From positions 61 through 64,060 of the forward strand of contig JBIIEL010000007.1 of the NCBI GenBank assembly GCA_044237845.1: 64,000 bases of DNA. Direction: 5' to 3'. Origin of the DNA: Rickettsiales bacterium (GTDB lineage: Bacteria; Pseudomonadota; Alphaproteobacteria; Rickettsiales; UBA3002). The notes under the pieces are model-generated. The model was not told where the DNA came from. It did no database searches and saw only the letters and a program-made list of their open reading frames with translations. Shown piece after piece: positions 29,104 through 37,214 of the stretch. Within the stretch, counting starts at the first letter, position 1, and the number at the start of each line of letters is the position of its first letter. The position numbers and the translations under genes were made by a program.

Positions 29104-29528
29104 ATGTGCCTTTGATATGGCTGCACGAAGAAGCGCTGCGCATGACTCACCCCGTATTCAAGGTTGTGCCCGAAAGAACAAAAGCGATATATGTGTGGGA
29201 TGATGGCTATTTTAGGCAAGCGAACTATAGCCTCAAGCGGCTTATTTTTATCTATGAAACGCTGTGTGAGCTGCCCGTCGATATCATTCACGGCAATACG
29301 CTCGATGTGATACGCGAACTTGCACCACCCACCTTATATATTCCTGCAACGAATAATCCGCTGATTGTAAACATCATTGCTTCGCTCGAAGCGACAGTTC
29401 AAGTAAAAGTAGTTGAAGACGAAGCCTTTGTAGTCATCAAAAAGCCAAGCGAATTTCGCCGCTTTTTCCAATACTGGAACAAGGCTGAAAAAACAGCATT
29501 TCTACATAATGGTGGTGCCAATGCATGA
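29100..29528 (+). CDS. Photolyase N-terminal alpha/beta-like domain protein, encoded after the FAD domain
   Basis: 142 aa with an ATGA overlap with the upstream gene. LIWLHEEALRMTHPVF, then LKRLIFIYETLCEL, then a C-terminal FRRFFQYWNKA. This follows the WFRRDLR...L.esL..L...(F)TPF.k.w pattern of photolyase N-domains. The homology was judged by eye only. Confidence 0.5.
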   Translation: MNVPLIWLHEEALRMTHPVFKVVPERTKAIYVWDDGYFRQANYSLKRLIFIYETLCELPVDIIHGNTLDVIRELAPPTLYIPATNNPLIVNIIASLEATVQVKVVEDEAFVVIKKPSEFRRFFQYWNKAEKTAFLHNGGANA

Positions 29529-30999
29529 AGCTGTACCACATGCAGATTCATCTCAAGGCTGGAAGCTGGAAATCAGTTATTCTAAGCTACCAGAGGCGTT
29601 CTACACGTATATTGCGCCCACGCCGGTGAAAGCACCGCAGCTGGTGATTTTCAACCACGCGCTGGAAAAATCACTGGGATTATCGCTTACTGAAACCGAC
29701 CCCGATGATCTGGCGCGATTATTTTCTGGCAACGCGTTGCCGCAAGGATCAACGCCCATCGCACAGGCTTATGCTGGCCATCAGTTTGGCCACTTCACGA
29801 TGCTCGGCGATGGTCGGGCGCATCTAATCGGTGAAAAGGTCACGCCAAATGGAAAACGGTTTGATATTCAGCTCAAAGGCTCTGGCCAAACGCCTTACTC
29901 CCGCCGTGGCGATGGCCGTGCGGCACTTGTCCCCATGCTGCGCGAATATCTGATCAGCGAAGCGATGCATGGTCTTGGCATTCCTACCACACGCAGCCTT
30001 GCGGTGGTAGCAACGGGCGAACCCGTTTTCCGCGACACAGCGCTACAAGGCGCAATCCTCACCCGCGTCGCGGCGAGTCATATCCGCGTTGGCACGTTTG
30101 AATATGCCGCAGCACGTGAAGACCGCGAAGGGCTGAAGGCGCTTGCGGATTATGCGATAAAACGGCACTATCCTGAACTCAGCACGCATGATGCGCCTTA
30201 TCTTTCATTCCTAAGCGCGGTGATAGAACGTCAGGCTAAGCTGGTGGCAAGCTGGATGCATGTGGGCTTCATCCATGGCGTGATGAATACAGATAACATG
30301 ACCATAAGCGGCGAGACGATTGATTACGGTCCCTGCGCCTTCATGGATCGCTTTGCGATGGATAAAGTGTTTAGCTCCATCGACCGCAATGGGCGCTATG
30401 CGTTTGGCAATCAAGCCAGCATCGCGCAGTGGAATCTGGCACGGTTTTCCGAAACCTTGCTGCCGCTATTACACGAAGACATGCACACTGCCGCTGACCT
30501 CGCCGAAGTGGCGATTGAGCGTTACGGAACGATCTTCAACGAAGCATGGTTTTCAGGTATGCGCCGCAAGCTAGGGGTTTTTGGCGGGGAAGCCGAGGAT
30601 CTGCCGCTTATCCAATCACTTCTCGAACGGATGCAGGAAACAGGCGCAGATTACACCATTACCTTCCGCGACCTGATTTCAGAAGCTATACCCAGTGATG
30701 AAGCCTATCAATCACAAGCCTTTCAAGATTGGCACACACGCTGGCAGGCGCGTCTTGTCCGCAACCCGCAACCCCTGAAATCATCCCTATGCCTGATGCG
30801 GACGAATAATCCCGTCATCATCCCACGCAACCAATATGCTGAAGATGCGCTCACCGCGGCTGAACAAGGCAACCTAAAACTGTTTCATGCACTGCTCGAA
30901 GCCGTGCAACACCCGTTTGATGAAACCGAAACGAACACTGTTTTCCGAAAACCACCGCCACATAGCAATCCGAATTTTCAAACTTTTTGTGGAACATAA
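29521..30999 (+). CDS. selO: Protein adenylyltransferase SelO (YdiU/UPF0061)
   Basis: Motifs YAGHQFGHFTMLGDGRA, LKGSGQTPYSRRGDGRAAL, GIPTTRSLAVV and HGVMNTDNMTISGETIDYGP. These match E. coli YdiU as I recall it. Confidence 0.9.
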   Translation: MHEAVPHADSSQGWKLEISYSKLPEAFYTYIAPTPVKAPQLVIFNHALEKSLGLSLTETDPDDLARLFSGNALPQGSTPIAQAYAGHQFGHFTMLGDGRAHLIGEKVTPNGKRFDIQLKGSGQTPYSRRGDGRAALVPMLREYLISEAMHGLGIPTTRSLAVVATGEPVFRDTALQGAILTRVAASHIRVGTFEYAAAREDREGLKALADYAIKRHYPELSTHDAPYLSFLSAVIERQAKLVASWMHVGFIHGVMNTDNMTISGETIDYGPCAFMDRFAMDKVFSSIDRNGRYAFGNQASIAQWNLARFSETLLPLLHEDMHTAADLAEVAIERYGTIFNEAWFSGMRRKLGVFGGEAEDLPLIQSLLERMQETGADYTITFRDLISEAIPSDEAYQSQAFQDWHTRWQARLVRNPQPLKSSLCLMRTNNPVIIPRNQYAEDALTAAEQGNLKLFHALLEAVQHPFDETETNTVFRKPPPHSNPNFQTFCGT

Positions 31000-31146
31000 A
31001 TGCCTAAAGGAATCAAAAAAGCAAATCTTCCTACCAAAATATGCGCTCGTTGCGGCAGGCCGTTTAGCTGGCGAAAGAAATGGGAAAAAGTATGGAATGA
31101 GGTTAAATACTGTTCCGATAGATGTAGAAATGGCGGAGAGAAATAA
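31000..31146 (+). CDS. DUF2256 family small zinc-ribbon-like protein (48 aa; below the ORF-track cutoff)
   Basis: The ATG sits immediately after the selO stop. The ORF translates to [48 protein letters not shown], which has the C-x2-C...FxWRKKW...YCSxRC pattern of DUF2256. Confidence 0.7.
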   Translation: MPKGIKKANLPTKICARCGRPFSWRKKWEKVWNEVKYCSDRCRNGGEK

Positions 31147-31173
31147 TTCTCCCCGCCACTGAACATAGAGTAA

Positions 31174-31605
31174 TTATGCTGCTTTTTTGTCTTTAGCAGA
31201 CGCTGGCATAATCACCGCGTCGATGGCGTGAATGTAGCCATTGCTGCATTCAATGTCGGTTTTGATGATTTTTGCGTTTTCAATCTTTGCACCATCGGTG
31301 CTGGTAATGTGCGCTAGAGAACCCTCAACTGTTTTCCATTCTGATTTACCTGTTACTGCTTTGGCATCGGCTTTGCCGCTTACCACATGATAGGTAAGAA
31401 TAGAAACCAGTTTGGCTTTATTTTCAGGCTTTAGTAGCGATTCAACGGTTCCTGCTGGCAATGCTTTGAATGCATCGTCGGTGGGTGCGAACACGGTGAA
31501 CGGGCCAGTGCCAGACAGTGTATCAACAAGTCCTGCAGCTTTTACAGCGGCAACAAGGGTTGAGAAATTTCCAGCAGCAACAGCGGTTTCAACGATATTT
31601 TTCAT
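31174..31605 (-). CDS. Fasciclin (FAS1) domain protein, no obvious signal peptide
   Basis: 143 aa. [39 protein letters not shown] and [13 protein letters not shown]. Confidence 0.88.
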   Translation of the reverse strand: MKNIVETAVAAGNFSTLVAAVKAAGLVDTLSGTGPFTVFAPTDDAFKALPAGTVESLLKPENKAKLVSILTYHVVSGKADAKAVTGKSEWKTVEGSLAHITSTDGAKIENAKIIKTDIECSNGYIHAIDAVIMPASAKDKKAA

Positions 31606-31732
31606 ATAAAGGCTCCATGAGTGGGTTGTCTGGGCGCAAGATTTAATTTACGTTCAGCTGCAAAGAAATTTGCTAAGTTGATATGGGGTTCATTTCCTCT
31701 TATTACAATAGCTTGTCACTGAGATAAGATAA

Positions 31733-32167
31733 ATGATGGACAATACCAATCGCTTGCTTGCAAATATTCTTACCTATAGCGGTACGCTGCCACTCATCGC
31801 GTCCGCAATATGTATCTATTTTCCCGTGAATGGCTTTGATAGTTCGCTTATTGCCAGAACCTACGCCGCGATTATTATTTCATTTTTATGCTGTATTCAT
31901 TGGGCGGTATATTTGTTCTTTGCAGAGAAATGTCCGCGCAATTTGCTGATTACCAGTAATGTGATTGCACTGCTTGCGTGGGCTTCCTTACTGGCAACGC
32001 ATCAGCACATAGCAATAGTATTACAGGCTTTGTGTTTTCTGTATTTGCTCACGCTGGACTTGAAGTTGCGAGATGCAGGGATATTACCGCAGTGGTTCTA
32101 CAGTCTGCGCCGAAATGCCACTATCATTGTTGTGCTATGCCTTGCCGTTATCGCGGGGCTCTCATGA
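31733..32167 (+). CDS. Small integral membrane protein (about 4 TM; DUF3429-like)
   Basis: 144 aa, strongly hydrophobic. ATGA overlap with the downstream oxidoreductase. Confidence 0.55.
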   Translation: MMDNTNRLLANILTYSGTLPLIASAICIYFPVNGFDSSLIARTYAAIIISFLCCIHWAVYLFFAEKCPRNLLITSNVIALLAWASLLATHQHIAIVLQALCFLYLLTLDLKLRDAGILPQWFYSLRRNATIIVVLCLAVIAGLS

Positions 32168-33159
32168 AAAAAAGAATCGCTATTATCGGCGCGGGCATTT
32201 CCGGCCTTACGCTGGCGCATAACCTCAAAAACCATGCCGATGTAGTCGTGTATGAAAAAGCACGTGGCGTCGGTGGACGCATGAGCACTCGTTATGCTGA
32301 TCCGTTTTATTTTGACCATGGTACACACACATTCACCTCACGCACCAAGGCATTTCAGGCATTTCTCAAGCCCTATATGGAAAACGGCACGATTGCCGAG
32401 TGGAGCGGCAAAGTCGTTAATTTTGAAATCGGTAAGAAAACTACCAAACGCCTATGGTTTGAGCCCCATTTGGTAGCTGCTCCGAATATGAATAGCTTGT
32501 GCAAGAAACTAGCAGAGGGGATTGATGTGCGGGTTACAGTAGAAGTTGCGCCGCTTGCACAAAAGCAATCTAGGGTATGGACGCTGCAAGATAAACAAGG
32601 CAATACGCTTGGTGAGTATGACTGGGTAATATCTACCGCACCACCTACCCAAACGCTGGCGCTATTTCAATCTGCCCTATCAGATAATTCACCCCTTCAT
32701 ACGGCACGCATGCAAGGTTGCTACTCGCTAATGATTGGCTTTAACAAGCCGTGGGACAAGCAATGGATCGCAGCAAAAGTACGTGATAATCCGATCAAAT
32801 GGATTTCGATTAATTCCACTAAGCCTGGCAGGAGCAAGGAAGTTACAGCCATTGTTGCCCATTCCCGCAACAATTGGGCTGATGAGCATATTGACGATAA
32901 TATGGATGAGGCACAGAAATATTTGCTTGAGCAGTTTGAGGCCGTTTCAGGTATTGATTGCAGTAATGCAGATTATATCTCCACCCATCGCTGGAAATAT
33001 GCGATTGTGGAGGAAACCGAAAAATCTGGTTTTTATTTTGACTCCGACCAAGGCATTGCCGCAACTAGCGACTGGGCATCCACCTCGCGGATTGAGGAAG
33101 TGTGGTTAAATGCGGTGGGCTTGGCCAATGACACTGTAAAAGCCCTGAATCAATTGTAG
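32164..33159 (+). CDS. NAD(P)/FAD-dependent oxidoreductase (COG3380/renalase-like)
   Basis: Start MKKRIAIIGAGISGLTLA (GxGxxG). ...YEKARGVGGRMSTR.... ATG at 32164 is preferred over the track start at 31978, which reads through the upstream gene in another frame. Confidence 0.8.
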   Translation: MKKRIAIIGAGISGLTLAHNLKNHADVVVYEKARGVGGRMSTRYADPFYFDHGTHTFTSRTKAFQAFLKPYMENGTIAEWSGKVVNFEIGKKTTKRLWFEPHLVAAPNMNSLCKKLAEGIDVRVTVEVAPLAQKQSRVWTLQDKQGNTLGEYDWVISTAPPTQTLALFQSALSDNSPLHTARMQGCYSLMIGFNKPWDKQWIAAKVRDNPIKWISINSTKPGRSKEVTAIVAHSRNNWADEHIDDNMDEAQKYLLEQFEAVSGIDCSNADYISTHRWKYAIVEETEKSGFYFDSDQGIAATSDWASTSRIEEVWLNAVGLANDTVKALNQL

Positions 33160-33338
33160 CTTATACTATCTTCCAGCCAGTTAAAAACCAACTACGCAGA
33201 ATTTATGCCACGAGTGTACGTCGTGCCGAGGCCGCCATTCAGCTGGAGCAAAAACGCCAGGCGATTTTAAATAGCGGCGCCCATGCCGCACTGCGCGATA
33301 TTTCTGCACGCCGCAATGGGCGCGAGAAAGCCGAGATC

Positions 33339-33701
33339 ATGCTGATCGAGGACGATGCTTTTTCGCGCAAGCTGGTCGAGAATGTGGTGGGCAAACAGTA
33401 TGAAATCACCAGTCTCGCCACCGCCGACCAGGCGCTCAACACCTATGCGCGCACCGCACCAAACTTACTGTTTCTTGACATCGATCTCCCCGATGTCACG
33501 GGCCACGAACTGCTGGCAAAAATCATGGCGCTTGATCCCGAGGCGCATGTGGTGATGCTGAGCGGCAATGCCGACCGCGAGAATATCTCGAAGGCACTCG
33601 GCATTGGCGCCAAAGGGTTCGTGGCCAAACCCTTCACCCGTGACAAGCTGTTTCAATATATCAGCCGCTGCCCCACCATCACTTCCACTGTACAACTTTA
33701 G
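33339..33701 (+). CDS. Single-domain response regulator (CheY-like receiver)
   Basis: 120 aa. MLIEDD, LLFLDIDLPDVTG, VVMLSGN, GFVAKPF. The frame stays open upstream of the ATG without a standard start codon. Confidence 0.75.
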   Translation: MLIEDDAFSRKLVENVVGKQYEITSLATADQALNTYARTAPNLLFLDIDLPDVTGHELLAKIMALDPEAHVVMLSGNADRENISKALGIGAKGFVAKPFTRDKLFQYISRCPTITSTVQL

Positions 33702-33702
33702 G

Positions 33703-34533
33703 ATGACTATGCGCCTTCATGACAAAAGCTCCAGCCATTATATTCAGGCACTCGCGGGAGCAATTCACCAAGACCCTTCCAGCCTTGATAGTTGGTGGTG
33801 TCTTCATATTTATGGGGCGGAAATTAATCCGTGCACTCTCATTGAAGTCAAAGAAAACAATAAAAATCTGGGCTGTGATATCGTGCATTGTCCGGATGGT
33901 GATCTGTTACTGGTCAGTCAGGAACTCAGCGAAGACGCTTTGCATTGTATCGCTAATGATCTGGTTGGTCACGGCAACGCAGAGTTGACGCTCTACCATT
34001 TGTTCAAAGACTGGCGCGCGATTCGCAATCTTCTGTCGAGCAAATGCAGAACTATGCCAAATCTTTCTGCTGAAGCACCCGAAGCTGAAGCCTTTACCGA
34101 TCTGGATTACATGCGCGAAGGATTCACGGAAATGAAGGCCGCGCGTCGCTTGCGCTTCCCGCAGCATGTGATGATTGTAGAAGACGATCCACTTACCCGC
34201 CGCCTGCTCACCAACGCCTTTCGCGACGATTACGCGCTGATTACCGCTGAGACGGCTCATGCGGCTGTCATGGAATATCTGATTTATACGCCGGATATTG
34301 TGTTCCTTGATATTGGTCTGCCGGATGCTAGCGGGTTTGCCGTGTTGCAGAAACTGGTAGCAATTGACCCGGATGCCTATATCGTCATTTTCAGCGGCAA
34401 CAGCTATCTTGATAATGTGACCAAAGCGCTTAACAATGGCGCGGCGGGATTCATCGCAAAACCTTTCCAGCGGACACGCCTGATGCATTACATCGAAGAC
34501 AGCGTCCTCCATCATGGAAAAGCCTGTGGTTAA
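33703..34533 (+). CDS. Response regulator with an unknown ~150-aa N-terminal domain and a C-terminal receiver
   Basis: ATG at 33703 lies 1 nt after the previous stop. The C-terminal half is VMIVEDDPL...[13 protein letters not shown]...IVIFSGN...GFIAKPF, paralogous to the upstream receiver. Confidence 0.7.
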   Translation: MTMRLHDKSSSHYIQALAGAIHQDPSSLDSWWCLHIYGAEINPCTLIEVKENNKNLGCDIVHCPDGDLLLVSQELSEDALHCIANDLVGHGNAELTLYHLFKDWRAIRNLLSSKCRTMPNLSAEAPEAEAFTDLDYMREGFTEMKAARRLRFPQHVMIVEDDPLTRRLLTNAFRDDYALITAETAHAAVMEYLIYTPDIVFLDIGLPDASGFAVLQKLVAIDPDAYIVIFSGNSYLDNVTKALNNGAAGFIAKPFQRTRLMHYIEDSVLHHGKACG

Positions 34534-36868
34534 AAAACATTCTATACTGCGTGAGGCGATCAGAATCCGGCGGATGTTTTTTGCCGCTGCCGCCCTGATG
34601 GCTATCATTATTTTCCTCGATAAACTGCATCCATCACCCTTTATTGTATTTATTGGTGCCGTTTTTTCTCTCGGCGGGTTGTGGTTCTACGTGATTCGCC
34701 CCACCCTTGCGCAAATAGCCGAGAACATACAATTGATGCAACTGCAGCAGGCCGTCGCCATCGCAGCAAACGAGGCCGACACAATTCAGGAAGGTTTACA
34801 GGCCGGAATCGAGAGCATCTGCGCCTATACGGGCTGGTCGGTGGGGCACGCCTTCGCCTATTCAGAGGATAAAAAAGCGCTCGTCAGCGCGGATGTCTGG
34901 CATGTGCGCGGTAAGGGAAATTACGATGCTTTCAGGAAGGCGTCGGAAGCGCTGGTGCTGAAATCTGGCGAGGAAATGATCGGCGAAGTCTATGCCGATA
35001 CTACGCCGATGTGGATTCTCGACGTGCAGAAATCTTCTGCCTATTGCCGCAAAGAAATCGCCGCTTCTTGCGGCATCAAAGCGGCCTTTGCCTTCCCGGT
35101 GATGGTCGGTCGCCGAGCGCTCGGGGTGCTTGAGTTCTATAGCCCGAGTAGCACCATTCCGAGCGAAGAACTGCTTGGCCTGATGGCAAGTATTGGAAAC
35201 CAGCTCGGACAAGTATTCGAGCGCGCACAGTTTCTTGCGAAGATGCAAGAGACCATGACACAGCTTAAACGCGCCAACCTAAAATCCGAGGCCGCAGCGC
35301 GCGACCTTTCCTCCAGCCTCGAGAAAGCAGAGAAGGCGAATAAGGCTAAAAGCGACTTCCTTGCAAACATGAGCCACGAGCTACGCACACCGATGAACGG
35401 GGTGCTCGGCATGGCACATCTACTCGGCGACACCCCGCTCGATACCGAGCAGCGCGAACTGGTATCAACCATCAACGGCTCTGCCGAAAACCTGCTGATG
35501 CTACTCAACGATATTCTCGACTTCTCCAAAATCGAGGCGGATGCGCTGCAACTGGAGAATCTTGCATTTGATTTGCACGGCGCTTTTGGTGGCGTGGTGA
35601 ACCTGCTGCATCCGCAAGCCGATAAAAAAGCTATCGCACTCACCGTGCATATCGACCCACATGTGCCGAGCCATGTATGGGGCGACCCGGGGCGCACCCG
35701 TCAGATCATCACCAACCTCGTGGGCAACGCCATCAAGTTCACGGACAAAGGCCATGTGCGTCTTACGGCTGAGCTGCAACAGCAACCTTCTAACACCATG
35801 ATTTACGTGCGTGTCGAGGATACCGGCATGGGCATTCCCGCGCTTAAACTAGGCGAGATTTTTGATAAATTCACGCAGGCCGACGCCTCGATCACCCGCA
35901 AATTTGGCGGCACAGGGCTGGGGCTTGCCATCACCAAGCAGTTAGTAGCACTGATGGGTGGGCAAATCGGTGTTGAGAGTGTCGAAGGCAAAGGCTCCAC
36001 CTTCTGGTTTGCCATTCCGTGCAAGCCTGCGGATGCCAGCGACATGGCCTCCCACAGTGCACAGCGCAGCATCCGCTGCCAGGCAGCAGAGCATTTGCTG
36101 CCGATTGCTAAGGCTAAAGTGCTCCTAGTGGAGGACTATCCGGTCAATCAGGTGTTTGCCCAAAAGCTGCTACGCAAGTTTGGCTTCGTGCATATCGACC
36201 TTGCCGAAAATGGCCTTGAGGCATTGGAAAAATATCAGCGCAATCGCTACGATATCATCTTCATGGATTGCCAGATGCCAGAGCTCGATGGCTACCAAAC
36301 CACCGAGCGCCTGCGCACCCTCGAAGCCGGAACCGACCGCCATACGCCGATTGTGGCGATGACCGCCAACGCGATGGTGGGCGACCGCGAGAAATGCCTC
36401 AAGGCTGGTATGGATGATTATATCAGCAAGCCCCTGCGGGCAGAACATCTTAGAACCGCCATCAGCCACTGGTTTGAACTGGAAGCCGCGAAAGCACAGA
36501 TTGTCGCGCCCACCGCCGCAGCGAAAACGCCGAGCCTCGAGGCACCGGTCGATCTCGAACAGTTGCGCATGTTCACCGATGGTGACCTAGCGGAAGAAAA
36601 AGCCCTCGCTGAATTATTTCTCGCACAAGCGCACGAATTACTGGTGATTCTCGGCAACAGCAAAGGAGCCGCCGCGCACGACGCATGGAAATCCGCTGCG
36701 CACCGCTTCAAGGGTTCGGCAGGAAATCTCGGTGCGAATCACCTGCATCATCTGTGCAAACAGGCCGAAGCGAGCCATCCTGCGAATGAAACCATAAAAG
36801 GAGAAATGCTCGCCGACATTGAGACCGAAGTCACCCGCGTCGCCCAGTTTTTTATGACAACCGTATAA
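34514..36868 (+). CDS. Hybrid sensor histidine kinase (TM - GAF - HisKA - HATPase - REC - HPt)
   Basis: H-box [15 protein letters not shown] and G boxes ([25 protein letters not shown]). Receiver [14 protein letters not shown]...KPL. HPt-like [14 protein letters not shown]. Confidence 0.9.
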   Translation: MEKPVVKKHSILREAIRIRRMFFAAAALMAIIIFLDKLHPSPFIVFIGAVFSLGGLWFYVIRPTLAQIAENIQLMQLQQAVAIAANEADTIQEGLQAGIESICAYTGWSVGHAFAYSEDKKALVSADVWHVRGKGNYDAFRKASEALVLKSGEEMIGEVYADTTPMWILDVQKSSAYCRKEIAASCGIKAAFAFPVMVGRRALGVLEFYSPSSTIPSEELLGLMASIGNQLGQVFERAQFLAKMQETMTQLKRANLKSEAAARDLSSSLEKAEKANKAKSDFLANMSHELRTPMNGVLGMAHLLGDTPLDTEQRELVSTINGSAENLLMLLNDILDFSKIEADALQLENLAFDLHGAFGGVVNLLHPQADKKAIALTVHIDPHVPSHVWGDPGRTRQIITNLVGNAIKFTDKGHVRLTAELQQQPSNTMIYVRVEDTGMGIPALKLGEIFDKFTQADASITRKFGGTGLGLAITKQLVALMGGQIGVESVEGKGSTFWFAIPCKPADASDMASHSAQRSIRCQAAEHLLPIAKAKVLLVEDYPVNQVFAQKLLRKFGFVHIDLAENGLEALEKYQRNRYDIIFMDCQMPELDGYQTTERLRTLEAGTDRHTPIVAMTANAMVGDREKCLKAGMDDYISKPLRAEHLRTAISHWFELEAAKAQIVAPTAAAKTPSLEAPVDLEQLRMFTDGDLAEEKALAELFLAQAHELLVILGNSKGAAAHDAWKSAAHRFKGSAGNLGANHLHHLCKQAEASHPANETIKGEMLADIETEVTRVAQFFMTTV

Positions 36869-37038
36869 TCCCGTGACTTCATGAGTCTGCTCATGCAGCA
36901 GCTCCAGCCTAAGCCGCTCTAAATAGGGAGCGGGATCACTTCCTGCTTGCATTTGCAAGGAAGTTAAACAGTCAGTTTAGGTAGACCAAGGAGCTCAAAG
37001 CCTTAAAGTTTGAGCAACCTTGCTTCCGAGAAAGCAAA

Positions 37039-37083
37039 CTCAGAGCGCCAATCTCTGGGGATTGGCGAAAATCAAAAAAACCC
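37039..37083. repeat. Copy B of the 43-45-nt hairpin-containing repeat (copy A at 14512-14554)
   Basis: CTCAGAGCGCCAATCTCTGGGGATTGGCGAAAATCAAAAAAACCC. The stem is CGCCAATC/GATTGGCG, one pair longer than copy A through a paired change. Confidence 0.8.
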
Positions 37084-37164
37084 TCTGTTTCTGCATTCCC
37101 AGACACATTGCTATCAACAAAAGCTTGCTATAAAGAGTGATCAGTATAGCGATCACTGTCTTCC

Positions 37165-37178
37165 TTGATGCAGGTCAA
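37165..37178. promoter_or_regulatory. FNR/FixK-type box TTGATGCAGGTCAA upstream of the cco operon
   Basis: Matches TTGA-N6-TCAA. It is centred about 43 bp before the ATG at 37215. A near-identical box lies upstream of ompW. Confidence 0.65.
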
Positions 37179-37214
37179 GATATGCTGCCGCAATCCTTCT
37201 AGATTGCCGTCAGA

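Noticed and set aside
31978-32163. N-terminal 62 codons of the track ORF 31978-33159.
   Set aside because: This stretch overlaps the membrane-protein gene in another frame. The dinucleotide-binding fold begins at the Met at 32164 (MKKRIAIIGAGISG), which overlaps the upstream stop (ATGA).
33183-33338. Open in-frame extension upstream of the first receiver gene, considered as a possible longer N-terminus.
   Set aside because: There is no ATG, GTG or TTG in frame within the extension, so the ATG at 33339 is retained. A non-canonical start cannot be excluded.
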